Below, piece by piece: positions 41,391 to 50,515 of a stretch of 64,000 nucleotides of DNA. The position numbers and the translations under genes were made by a program. The DNA is from Cyanobacteria bacterium auto_48_18 (GTDB taxonomy: Bacteria; Cyanobacteriota; Vampirovibrionia; Obscuribacterales; Obscuribacteraceae). The stretch's first letter is position 1. Each line of letters begins with the position of its first letter. Below the pieces are notes generated by a model. That model saw only the letters and a list, made by a program, of their open reading frames with translations. It was not told the DNA's origin and searched no databases. Location of the stretch: contig JAVHQC010000011.1 of assembly GCA_036170915.1 (NCBI GenBank), positions 1-64,000 on the forward strand, given 5' to 3'.

Positions 41391-41935
41391 GATGGCGATT
41401 TCGTCTCGTTCAATTCTAACTCTCTCAACCAACCGTCTACCTGAGCTTCCACCAGCGCCGGTGACAGATTGCCCAACACGCGGCCGTCGAAAATGCCTGC
41501 TGGAGCTATGCCGCACGCTCCGAGGCACCGCGCTTCGAGTAATGAAAACTGATTGTCGCTGGAAGTGCAGCCCACTTTGAGACCGTATTTTTGATCAACC
41601 TTTTGCAACAATTTAGCGCTGCCTTTGATATAACAGGCGGTGCCCATGCAAATAACACAGTTATGTTTACCCTGTGGTTTAAGACGAAAGTGGCTATAGA
41701 AAGTAGCGACTCCGTACACCTTGCTCAGCGGTATGCGCAAGCTATGAGCGACAAAAGCTAAGGCAATATCATCGAGATAGCCGAAAGTGGATTGCACAGA
41801 GTGTAATGTTTCAATCAGCGCGCTTTGAGCTGAACCGTGTTTTCGCATCACTGCTGCGACGATTAACCAGCGTTTGTCATCTGACGGAACTTTGACAGCG
41901 ACAATTTTCCGTGTTGCCCGGGTATTTACCGACAT
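41387..41935 (-). CDS. hoxE: Diaphorase subunit HoxE (NuoE family)
   Basis: VYGVATFY, CMGTACY and CLGACG. First gene of the hox operon. Confidence 0.93.
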   Translation of the reverse strand: MSVNTRATRKIVAVKVPSDDKRWLIVAAVMRKHGSAQSALIETLHSVQSTFGYLDDIALAFVAHSLRIPLSKVYGVATFYSHFRLKPQGKHNCVICMGTACYIKGSAKLLQKVDQKYGLKVGCTSSDNQFSLLEARCLGACGIAPAGIFDGRVLGNLSPALVEAQVDGWLRELELNETKSPS

Positions 41936-42057
41936 AACTGGATTATTACTCCGGTATCTGGTCTATTAATTTTCAATTTTGAATTTCGACCATGAGTTTA
42001 CTCGAAATTGATTATGAATCTCGAAGTTTAGTCTAGTTCGATTGGAAAAATAAGGTA

Positions 42058-42073
42058 TCAACCGCAAGAGTGA
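42058..42073. promoter_or_regulatory. 7-2-7 inverted-repeat box upstream of hoxE
   Basis: TCAACCG-CA-AGAGTGA. Confidence 0.5.
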
Positions 42074-42120
42074 TTTGAGTTGTTTTGATTTGATTATTCG
42101 ATGGCGTGAGCAAAATCAAA

Positions 42121-42936
42121 TTATTTGGCTGGCGGCAATGACATCAGAAAGTCAGTCACAGCTCTGATTTGCGCCGGCGAAAAAGCAGAAGGGCTCATGA
42201 TGACTTTATCTCCATGCTTTTCTTCTTCGCTAAGCGTATGAACCTCGGCAGCAGTGAGAGTATTGGCAATAAAGGCACGATCTCGACGCTGGCTTATGCC
42301 GTCGAGTCGCGAGGCAAATTGTCCGCCACCGTTTCCGATACTGTGACATGAGAGGCAGTTGCGTCTGAGAAAAAGACTTTTTCCGGCTTTAATCGATTGC
42401 GCTGTAGAGATTTGCTCTGGCTTGATTGAAGCGGTTGAATTAGCTTCAGCCACCGGGTGACTGCCAATTTTAAAGCCTCCCGCCGGTTCAGGCAGGGTTA
42501 GCAAATAACTGACTAGATTTTTAGCTTGCTCTGCCGGCACTCTTGGGTGAGCAAACAACTCACCTGTAGAGTTCAGTTTCGCGTACTCATCTACTGCTGC
42601 TCTTCCTGAAGTAATTCGTGCCAGCATGAAAGCACGCGAGCGGCGAGCACCGATGCCGTCAAATGGTGGTGCCATGCTACCCCCGTGACCTTCAAGGGAG
42701 TGGCAGGCGGCACAATTTTGTCTTGCGGCTAGTTTTTTTCCTACGGCACTGCTGGGGCTTTCTAATTCTGGTTTGAAACTACTTGACGCTAGATAGACAT
42801 TGGTTTGAGGCTCTTTGGCCTGACTATTGCTGATACTTAGCAGGCTCAAGCACATCAATAAAGCGATACTGGCAATCAAAGGGTGATTATCTTTGTTCAT
42901 CAATCTTTGCCATGGGAAGATTTGCTCAATATACAC
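42121..42936 (-). CDS. Exported di-heme cytochrome c
   Basis: Signal peptide, CAACH and CLSCH. Paralogue of 30166-30954. Start may be 42900. Confidence 0.9.
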   Translation of the reverse strand: MYIEQIFPWQRLMNKDNHPLIASIALLMCLSLLSISNSQAKEPQTNVYLASSSFKPELESPSSAVGKKLAARQNCAACHSLEGHGGSMAPPFDGIGARRSRAFMLARITSGRAAVDEYAKLNSTGELFAHPRVPAEQAKNLVSYLLTLPEPAGGFKIGSHPVAEANSTASIKPEQISTAQSIKAGKSLFLRRNCLSCHSIGNGGGQFASRLDGISQRRDRAFIANTLTAAEVHTLSEEEKHGDKVIMSPSAFSPAQIRAVTDFLMSLPPAK

Positions 42937-43057
42937 CAGTCCAGTTACAAATTTGCTCTTGAGCTCGATTGAAAAAAAACCGCTCTAAAGTATGATGTGC
43001 GCCACTAACCAGGGCTGGTAAATTGCAGTAGTGACGAGCTCAAAGAGTTGACTCTAA

Positions 43058-43552
43058 ATGAAAAATTTAAATCGAAATCTAATTGTTGCCCTTGCTGTTT
43101 TAGGTATTGCAAGTATCGTTTTCTCGAATCTCTCTCAGGCTAGAAACATTGAGAACAAAGCCAGTTCAAAAGCTACTGCAGACTCTTTGTGCGTGGGCCA
43201 CTTAGCACCTGTCAACAAAAAGAAAGGCGATCAATCTGAGGCTAAGGCAGAACCGGTTAATGATGCGAAACACACCAATGGTCGCGTTGCAGAAGGTCGA
43301 ATGCTCTTCTACGATCGTGGCTGCATAGTCTGCCACACGGTGCGCAATCGAGGCGGTCGTGTGGGCCCTTCCCTTGATGGCCTGGGTAAACGACACGACC
43401 GTCAGTATGTGGCCGGTCGCATTAATGATGCAGAATTCGTAGTCAAGCTAAAAAAAGATAGCGGTGAGCATGCTGCTTATGCCATGCCGCCTTCGGGGCT
43501 GACCAAGTCGCAGGCAGACTCATTAGCTGATTACATTATGACTTTACCCTAA
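43058..43552 (+). CDS. Exported mono-heme cytochrome c
   Basis: Signal peptide, CIVCH, GPSLDG and MPPS. Confidence 0.9.
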   Translation: MKNLNRNLIVALAVLGIASIVFSNLSQARNIENKASSKATADSLCVGHLAPVNKKKGDQSEAKAEPVNDAKHTNGRVAEGRMLFYDRGCIVCHTVRNRGGRVGPSLDGLGKRHDRQYVAGRINDAEFVVKLKKDSGEHAAYAMPPSGLTKSQADSLADYIMTLP

Positions 43553-43554
43553 CA

Positions 43555-44490
43555 TCACCTGACGTCGGCATGTTCCAGCTTTTCTGCGCCTGTTTCGCTG
43601 TGGTTCTTATATTCAAGATATTCCTCTGGCATGAGTAACATCGAGGAAGCAGTCAGGCAATGAACAAATGCCGAAGCATTGACGTCCAGCAGACTGACTC
43701 GCGCACCGGCAATCGCTCGTGTTGGTACTACTGGCAGAGTCGTGTCATAAGAGTCAGATGCAGCCTGCGATACTGAAAGATCGTCCAGCGAACTCAAGTT
43801 TATCTCAAGGTCTTTGGTCCTGGGATTAGCCTCCCTGAGCTGACAGATAATGTCCTCTGTGGATTTCGCTCGATTGTCAGTACCAAGGCAAACAATTATT
43901 GGCTTCAAATCCAGTAGCTCAGCAAAGTCAAGACAAGCGTCAATATATTTTTCGTTTAGATGTTCTAGTGAGACTAAAATTGACATTGTATTCCAGCTTT
44001 GACCATTGTCTTGAACAACCAAGAGTGGAACTGGACAGCTGTGAGTCAGGGCCTCAGCAAAAGAAGTACGCTCGACACTTTTGTGACTCTGTTGTTTGGC
44101 AGTTATTGAAAGGGGGGCCTTATGGTGGTGACCAACAACCACCAGGTCGTGGGCTTTAGCGCGCTCGCACACTGCAGTTACCGGATCACCTTTTTCGAGG
44201 ACAAAACTGGAGGTGACACCATATTTGGCGGCTTCATTCAAATATCGATTTTGCAATTGCTGGCCAATTGCCCAGAGAGATTTACTCAAATAATCATAGA
44301 CAGACTTGTACTCTTTAGATGAAACAAAGCCCTCGGGCTCTCTTATGACAAATTCTCTAGCGCCTTCAGTATCAACTACATGATGAGCTACAACACTTGC
44401 ATCGGCTGCATTGGCCAGCCGAAAACACAGATTTGCAGCATGAACTGCATAAATTGATCCGTCCAGAGACAGCAATATAGACCGGTTCAT
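43555..44490 (-). CDS. Universal stress protein (long, divergent)
   Basis: ILLSLDGS, GDP, DLVVVGH and CPVPLLVV. Start set at MNRSI. Confidence 0.8.
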   Translation of the reverse strand: MNRSILLSLDGSIYAVHAANLCFRLANAADASVVAHHVVDTEGAREFVIREPEGFVSSKEYKSVYDYLSKSLWAIGQQLQNRYLNEAAKYGVTSSFVLEKGDPVTAVCERAKAHDLVVVGHHHKAPLSITAKQQSHKSVERTSFAEALTHSCPVPLLVVQDNGQSWNTMSILVSLEHLNEKYIDACLDFAELLDLKPIIVCLGTDNRAKSTEDIICQLREANPRTKDLEINLSSLDDLSVSQAASDSYDTTLPVVPTRAIAGARVSLLDVNASAFVHCLTASSMLLMPEEYLEYKNHSETGAEKLEHADVR

Positions 44491-44594
44491 TTTCAACCTT
44501 CTCCACCGTTGGCAAGTATAATTAACCGTACAAGCAAAGGACAACTCATCTGCTGCACCAGCATTATTATGCAGCTTACTTTTCAAGCTTAATA

Positions 44595-44610
44595 TCGACC
44601 TAAAGGTTGA
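44595..44610. promoter_or_regulatory. 7-2-7 inverted-repeat box between divergent USP genes
   Basis: TCGACCT-AA-AGGTTGA. Confidence 0.6.
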
Positions 44611-44713
44611 ATCTTTAGAGAAGAATGCCGATTTGTTTGATGCTTAAGGTGGATGGCGTTTGCAGATAAATGATGGAAAATACAGTGAACGCACAGGTTT
44701 AAGGAGCGATGGA

Positions 44714-45229
44714 ATGAAAGTATTGATTGCAGTGGACGATTCACTTTGTTCACACGAGGCAGTAAGCGTTGTGGCTAATCGACCCTGGGCTGATGGCACG
44801 CAGTTTAAAATTGTTCACGTGGTAGAGCCCATTGCCGCACAATATGGGCTGGTTGCTCCTGAGGCTGTTAGTCTAATGCTAGAGGCCGAGAAAAAGCTTA
44901 AGGCGTATGGTGTCAAATTTACAACCGACATCGGCGACTATCTCAAAGAAATCTTCGGCGACCAACAAGTGAGCTCAGTCGTTATTGGTGGCTATATTGC
45001 CGACTCAATTATTGAGCTGGCAAGAGATTGGCATGCTGATGTGATAGTAGTCGGCTCACATGGTCGTACTGGTTTGGACAAAATTTTGCTCGGTAGCGTT
45101 GCCGAAAAAATCGTCAACCGCTCACATTGTTCTGTTGAAGTGATCAAAATGAAAATCAAAAAAAATGATGACACATCTTCTAAAGATGACGGAAGTAATG
45201 CACTCGCAAAACAAAAACAAGCCGTATAG
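44714..45229 (+). CDS. Universal stress protein
   Basis: AAGGAG before MKVLIAVDDS. ATP-binding motif GSHGRTG...LLGSVA. Confidence 0.93.
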   Translation: MKVLIAVDDSLCSHEAVSVVANRPWADGTQFKIVHVVEPIAAQYGLVAPEAVSLMLEAEKKLKAYGVKFTTDIGDYLKEIFGDQQVSSVVIGGYIADSIIELARDWHADVIVVGSHGRTGLDKILLGSVAEKIVNRSHCSVEVIKMKIKKNDDTSSKDDGSNALAKQKQAV

Positions 45230-45255
45230 TCGCATTCATTCATTCAGGTGAAAAA

Positions 45256-45714
45256 ATGAAAGTAATAATTGCCGTCGACCAAACAGATAACTGGAAGCAA
45301 ATTATTGAAGCTACAGTTAAACGCTCATGGCCGTCAGATACCATTTTTAGAATTCTTACTGTGGTCGAGCCTGGTGCTGATGCTCTGGACAAAACAAAAA
45401 CGCATCAAGCACATACTGCCGATAGGGTGGTGCATGAAGCACGGGCACTAATGTTTGAGCATTTGCCCGGATGCACTGTTTATAGCGAAGTACGAAAGGG
45501 CAAAGCCGCCGATGAATTAGTCACTGTTGCCGCCAATTGGATGGTTGACAAAATCATATTGGGAACCCATGGTCGCAAGGCAAATCGCCTGATACCAGCG
45601 ACGGTGCCGCAGCTTGTCAGTCAAAATTCTTGTTGCTCAGTTGACCTTGTTAAATTAACACCAGTAAAAGCTTCTGTGGGCGAATCATCACTAACCCAGG
45701 CCACTGCTCAATAG
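45256..45714 (+). CDS. Universal stress protein
   Basis: MKVIIAVD and LGTHGR. Confidence 0.85.
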   Translation: MKVIIAVDQTDNWKQIIEATVKRSWPSDTIFRILTVVEPGADALDKTKTHQAHTADRVVHEARALMFEHLPGCTVYSEVRKGKAADELVTVAANWMVDKIILGTHGRKANRLIPATVPQLVSQNSCCSVDLVKLTPVKASVGESSLTQATAQ

Positions 45715-45742
45715 AGCACCACCTTTTAGACAAGGAAATACA

Positions 45743-46534
45743 ATGACAGGCACCCACTGCAATAAGTTAACACTGGCCAAGACTCATATTCAAGTTGCCC
45801 GCATGGCATATAGCGCCGGAGAATATACCGCCGCCTTCAAAAATTTGAATACGGCTGAGCGTGAACTGGAGGAACATGATCTTTCTGTGGACGACTTAAC
45901 GCTTTTTGATCTGAGAAAATTCTTTGGCAAAGTGCGTGTTGCACTCGGCATGTTCGGTCAAGCGGAGGGTGATTTTCAGCGGGCGCTCGACCTGGCCAGG
46001 ACCTCTTCTGAAATTCCCGAAAAAAGTTTGTTTTCCATAAAGCGTCATCTGGCCGATTGCATTCGTTTGAGAAGCCGATTCGACCAAGCTGAGTCTATTT
46101 ACCGTGAACTTATAGGCGCTTTAGAAGATAAAGAACCGCCAATAGGCAATCAACTTGCTAAATCATACATGGGTCTTGCAACTGTGCTTATAGATAGTGG
46201 TAAGACAGGGGAAGCGCGACCCTTTATCGACAAAGCCATTCAATTAATTGAAGACGGACCAGGCCGCAAGTGTTTTTGGTATGGCAGAGCACTGATTGTT
46301 AAAGCACGGTTGTGCTGTGCTATTGGTCAGAAGCTGGAGGCACATGAGCTATTTCAACACGCACTGTCTATCGTCGAACCATTAATTGGCGCAGAACACC
46401 CGCTGGCGCGCTTGCTTGAGCGAAAGAAGAGCGAGCCTGTTCACCTGATTTTTGCAGAATTGAAAAACATAGAAAAACAGCTAAAAGACCACCAGCTAGA
46501 TAGTGAACATTCAATTTCAGGCAGTCTGCTTTAA
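45743..46534 (+). CDS. TPR-repeat protein
   Basis: TPR-like helical repeats and a GAEHP motif. Confidence 0.75.
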   Translation: MTGTHCNKLTLAKTHIQVARMAYSAGEYTAAFKNLNTAERELEEHDLSVDDLTLFDLRKFFGKVRVALGMFGQAEGDFQRALDLARTSSEIPEKSLFSIKRHLADCIRLRSRFDQAESIYRELIGALEDKEPPIGNQLAKSYMGLATVLIDSGKTGEARPFIDKAIQLIEDGPGRKCFWYGRALIVKARLCCAIGQKLEAHELFQHALSIVEPLIGAEHPLARLLERKKSEPVHLIFAELKNIEKQLKDHQLDSEHSISGSLL

Positions 46535-46966
46535 CGAAACCAAAATCACTGAACAGGGCCCCTCGTTAACAATGGCTCGAGCAATGCTACCAAGGGTAAA
46601 TTTGTTTGCTCCGCGACGGCCATGAGCGGCTACAGCTATAGAATCTGCCGACCATCTCTTTGCATTTTCAACAATAGTGTCAACGACAAAGCCGTTTTGT
46701 ACCTCTGCTGTTACTACTGACTGAGGAAAAATCGAGCGCAGCATTTCTGCCGTTTCGTGCACAACCTTCTCTCCATCTGCAAACGCTTTTTGTTTAATTT
46801 CATCGAGCATTGGTCCAGGAAGGATGCTCATGTAGCTCCCCACCGTCAAAGGCTCAACTACGTGTAGAACCTTCAGTTCGTCGCCTTCGGCTAGCTTAAA
46901 GCCGCGCAAATAGTCAACTATATTTTGACTCGAACCACTCTGATCAATGGCAACTAATATTTTCAT
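46517..46966 (-). CDS. Universal stress protein
   Basis: GAGGA before MKILVAIDQS. HGRRG...LGSIA and GPCSV. Confidence 0.9.
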   Translation of the reverse strand: MKILVAIDQSGSSQNIVDYLRGFKLAEGDELKVLHVVEPLTVGSYMSILPGPMLDEIKQKAFADGEKVVHETAEMLRSIFPQSVVTAEVQNGFVVDTIVENAKRWSADSIAVAAHGRRGANKFTLGSIARAIVNEGPCSVILVSLKQTA

Positions 46967-47057
46967 GGCTTTTCCTCTTTTCTGATTATCTACTAGCGCC
47001 AGCCTTCTAGCTTCCATCGCATAGCCTATCTTAAGTAGGCCGCGATGAGAACAGTTT

Positions 47058-47077
47058 AGTCATTCTAAAGGATGACT
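47058..47077. promoter_or_regulatory. Strongest 7-2-7 box, between the divergent USP and globin genes
   Basis: AG-TCATTCT-AA-AGGATGA-CT, a 20-bp near-palindrome. Confidence 0.65.
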
Positions 47078-47180
47078 GTAATCTAAAATTCATACTCGAT
47101 CAGGATGTGCAAACCGGGATTAATTGTGAACATAGGAGGATAGAAAACAGCTTGCACTGCCATAGGAAACGGTTAAGAGA

Positions 47181-47702
47181 ATGGCTCTAAATGTAGCACT
47201 CCTAACAGAAAGTTTTGAGCGCGCCAAACGTGAGAGCGGTGGTACAACCAGTCTGGGCATGAGCTTTTACAAAAGGCTTTTTGAGAAATACCCATCTGTA
47301 AAACCATTATTTACGAAGCCTCCGGAAGTTCAGCACAAAATGTTGATGTCTGCTCTGGCCACAATTGTTGCCCAGGCAGATCAATCAGATCAGCTCGTTC
47401 CTTATCTTCATGCGCTTGGTATTCGGCATCTTTTATATAAAACCGAAAATGCTCATTATTCAGCTGTGGCCGAGAATCTTCTTGCTGTTCTGCGCGAGCA
47501 TTTAAGCAAGGAAGGTGAATGGACCGACGCCATGCAAGAAACGTGGACAGCCGCGATTGCCTTGATTGTCAAAGTGATGATGGAAGCGTCGAATAATCCT
47601 GAAGCATACGCCGAAGAATTGGCAAATCATGGCTATGGTCCAAACGGATTGGTAATTCAGAAATGTGGTGTATCAACTGATGGCAGACCTGAAGTTTCCT
47701 AA
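47181..47702 (+). CDS. Single-domain globin (Vgb/flavohemoglobin-like)
   Basis: FYKRLF (B10 Tyr), PLF (CD1 Phe), Gln at E7, LGIRH (F8 His) and HYSAV. No reductase domain. Confidence 0.9.
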   Translation: MALNVALLTESFERAKRESGGTTSLGMSFYKRLFEKYPSVKPLFTKPPEVQHKMLMSALATIVAQADQSDQLVPYLHALGIRHLLYKTENAHYSAVAENLLAVLREHLSKEGEWTDAMQETWTAAIALIVKVMMEASNNPEAYAEELANHGYGPNGLVIQKCGVSTDGRPEVS

Positions 47703-48102
47703 TGTGCGACTTCAGCTTCATGATCTGATCGCTAAAGATAAACATTCGCCACCATATGCAATGGCACACCTGGCCGTACTTTCTGGTCTCATTCCAGAGC
47801 ATGCATTAAAAGCTATTGTCGCGGTTGAGCCGCTGGACATGTGCCTCTGCATGGCATCTGCCGAACAAATTATTGAAGAGTACTTAAGAAACTTACCAGC
47901 GAAGACTAACTTCCCCTCAATCAAGGCATCTCACATTGGTTGCAGTTTGGCTAAAGCAGCTGAAACGCATATTAAAAGCACCACAAGCGATAACTTTCTA
48001 TCTGCTGGTATGAACCTGCCCAGCCACGATTGTCATCGCTTTGCTCCCATACTTTTTGATCTTATGCTTCAACAATTGATGCGTTATCCGGGCCTTGAGT
48101 AA
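47680..48102 (+). CDS. Hypothetical protein
   Basis: ORF fills the gap after the globin and overlaps both neighbours slightly. Confidence 0.4.
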   Translation: MADLKFPNVRLQLHDLIAKDKHSPPYAMAHLAVLSGLIPEHALKAIVAVEPLDMCLCMASAEQIIEEYLRNLPAKTNFPSIKASHIGCSLAKAAETHIKSTTSDNFLSAGMNLPSHDCHRFAPILFDLMLQQLMRYPGLE

Positions 48103-49714
48103 GAAGTTTAAAACTAAATGTCGCCCCAGGGCCTGGGCTATCACGGCACCAGATTCTACCGCCGTGTCCTTCAATAATGCGCCGACAAAGGTAAAGCCCT
48201 AACCCGGTACTAGCATAGTAACGACCCGTCGAACCAGCTTGCCAAAATCGCTGAAATAATTTTGGCCGATTTTCCTCTGGTATACCCTTCCCTGTATCAC
48301 TGATACTAAATGTAGTGTACTGATCATCTTGTTTCAAACTAACTTCAACCGAGCCGCCGTCAGGTGTAAACTTCAATGAGTTGTCAATCAGATTCTGAAT
48401 TACCCGACGAATTTCCTCCTGATCGCAGCGAACTTCTTGCGATGCTTCTGGTAGTTTTGCGCTCAATGTCACGCCCTTCTCTTTAGCGAGGGGCATAATC
48501 TCGCTGAGCAATTTTGTGATTAGTTTGACTAAATCGCATTTCTGCAGGTGAAATTCTTTAACGCCGCTATCGAAACGATAAACATCGAGAAGGGTTTGAA
48601 CAAGGCTGTAAAGAGCAGTATTGCTCTGCAAAATTGTCTCTAGCACAACTGTCTGTGATTCGGGTATGGGCCCGAAGTCGCCGTCGAGCATGAAACGCAC
48701 CGCTCTATTGGTGGCGGATACTGGCGTCTTTAGATCGTGGGTTAAGGTAGCAACAAAATCTTCGCGCTGCTGTTGCAGCAAAACGCTGGCGGTCGTATTG
48801 GTAAACATGGCCACCAGGCCCGTCATATTGCCGTCATTGTCTTTAACTGGCCATGCAAGCCAGTCCCAATAATTATTATCGCCACTACCTTTTTTTGAAA
48901 GTTTTAGCGGGTCACCAGTATGCTTGATAAACTGGCCGCCCTTTAGTACTGCTTCAAAAAGTTGAGGGGTCAAGGCCGGTGCAAATTCGAAAAGAGGCTT
49001 AGCGACTAGATCAGCACGGCTGCCACCATCAACTTGTTCGACAAACTTGTCGTTGCATTCGAGACAAATCATGTCGCGGTTTAAGCTGATAATGCCCACA
49101 GGAGAATTTTCTAGAATAGACTTGGTTACTCGCCTCTCTGTTTCTAACTCGCGAATTGAATCTGTGTGATATCTCAAGGCAGCTTCTTTAGCGGAGATGT
49201 AGCAATCTATTGCCAGGCCCATATCTAAAAACACCAATTTCATCAGTGCTGAAATAGCCTTACACAGCTTGTCCGAGTCACCTTCATATTTGCCTATTAC
49301 TTTTGGTAAAAACCATCCTAAAACCCGATTATAGGCGCCGATATACCACTTGGGGTCAAGCTCGATGCGATGATGCGTGGCACCAACCCTCAATCTATCA
49401 TTGGCATAATCGGTGCCGTAATTTCCTTTGGTTAGCCTGACAAAATAGTCTTTTTGAGCTGCTTGAGCCCTTTTTAGGATTTGTTCATTGGGAAAATAGC
49501 TACGTGTCTCTTCAAAGGTTAGAAAATGCGCATACATTGACTCGATCAATTCATCAATATGATCAGTAACCAGCTTGTCAAGCTCGAGTTCAATCATCTC
49601 TTCGTCGCTAGCCGAAAATTCTAGCCAACGTTTGCGCAGCTCAACTTCTTCAGCGTTTAGCGTCAATGCCGAGGAAGGCCTGTCGGGCTCTCTCTTCAAT
49701 TCAAACTTCCCCAT
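48062..49714 (-). CDS. Globin-coupled (protoglobin-type) PAS sensor histidine kinase
   Basis: Sensor globin (SMYAHF, RLRVGATHHRIELDPKWYIGAY, KLVFLD), PAS domain, THDLKTP, NSLKFT, DTGKGI and GLGL. No TM segments. Confidence 0.92.
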   Translation of the reverse strand: MGKFELKREPDRPSSALTLNAEEVELRKRWLEFSASDEEMIELELDKLVTDHIDELIESMYAHFLTFEETRSYFPNEQILKRAQAAQKDYFVRLTKGNYGTDYANDRLRVGATHHRIELDPKWYIGAYNRVLGWFLPKVIGKYEGDSDKLCKAISALMKLVFLDMGLAIDCYISAKEAALRYHTDSIRELETERRVTKSILENSPVGIISLNRDMICLECNDKFVEQVDGGSRADLVAKPLFEFAPALTPQLFEAVLKGGQFIKHTGDPLKLSKKGSGDNNYWDWLAWPVKDNDGNMTGLVAMFTNTTASVLLQQQREDFVATLTHDLKTPVSATNRAVRFMLDGDFGPIPESQTVVLETILQSNTALYSLVQTLLDVYRFDSGVKEFHLQKCDLVKLITKLLSEIMPLAKEKGVTLSAKLPEASQEVRCDQEEIRRVIQNLIDNSLKFTPDGGSVEVSLKQDDQYTTFSISDTGKGIPEENRPKLFQRFWQAGSTGRYYASTGLGLYLCRRIIEGHGGRIWCRDSPGPGATFSFKLLTQGPDNASIVEA

Positions 49715-49758
49715 CTTATTGGCAGGCTATAATTATGACTCTTCGGTAAAGGCTCATT

Positions 49759-50499
49759 ATGTCTGACCAAACACCTTCTGCGACTGTTAACTCCATAAAT
49801 GTATTGCTGGTTGAAGATCATGTTCTGACGAGATTGGGTCTCAGAGCTGCTTTGCAGAGAACTCAAGATATCCATGTAGTTGGTGAAGCCTCTAATGGAG
49901 AGGAAGCGATCGGCCTGGCCGAGTCATTGCAACCGCATGTCATTCTTATGGATGTTGGTATGCCGGTGATGGATGGCATTCAAGCGGCTGCGAAAATCAT
50001 CGGACGACAACCGGCTATTAAAATTATCATGCTCACGCAGCATGATAATGAGTCAGACATTATGGCTTCTCTAGGTGCAGGTGCCAGTGGCTATTGCCTG
50101 AAAGATGTGGAGCCTGAGAGGCTATACATGGCTATTCGGTCGGTTAATGCTGGTGATGCGTGGCTCGACGCGGCCATAGCGAGCAAGGTGCTGAGACATT
50201 ATTCACCAGTGGTGGCACCAACTAAAGTTAAAACGACTGCCCCAGAAGCAAAGTCTGCGCCCAACCACGTAGATGAAAGTAGTGCTGATATCGACCGCCC
50301 CGCACCAGATGCTCTTTCTCCTCGAGAACTAGAGGTGATGAAGCTGATTGTTGATGGTCTCTCCAATCAAGAAATCAGTGACAAGTTATTTGTCTCACTG
50401 GCCACGACCAAAACCCACGTGCGCAATATTCTCAACAAGCTGGCTGTGGACGATCGTACGCAGGCAGCTGTGCATGCGATGCGTCGTGGGCTGGTTTAA
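49759..50499 (+). CDS. NarL/FixJ-family response regulator (REC + LuxR HTH)
   Basis: VEDH, MDVGMP, LKD and LSPRE...NQEI...KTHVRNILNKL. Confidence 0.95.
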   Translation: MSDQTPSATVNSINVLLVEDHVLTRLGLRAALQRTQDIHVVGEASNGEEAIGLAESLQPHVILMDVGMPVMDGIQAAAKIIGRQPAIKIIMLTQHDNESDIMASLGAGASGYCLKDVEPERLYMAIRSVNAGDAWLDAAIASKVLRHYSPVVAPTKVKTTAPEAKSAPNHVDESSADIDRPAPDALSPRELEVMKLIVDGLSNQEISDKLFVSLATTKTHVRNILNKLAVDDRTQAAVHAMRRGLV

Positions 50500-50515
50500 C
50501 AGCAAGCTCGAGCTA

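Noticed and set aside
41391..41528. N-terminal extensions in the ORF track (hoxF; also hypB, hypC, hoxU, hicB, VOC)
   Set aside because: They overlap upstream genes or precede the conserved N-terminus. Coupled starts and family motifs indicate later starts.
39693..41935. nuoE/nuoF of respiratory complex I
   Set aside because: Followed directly by hoxU, hoxY, hoxH and hoxW with no membrane nuo genes, so this is the Hox diaphorase.
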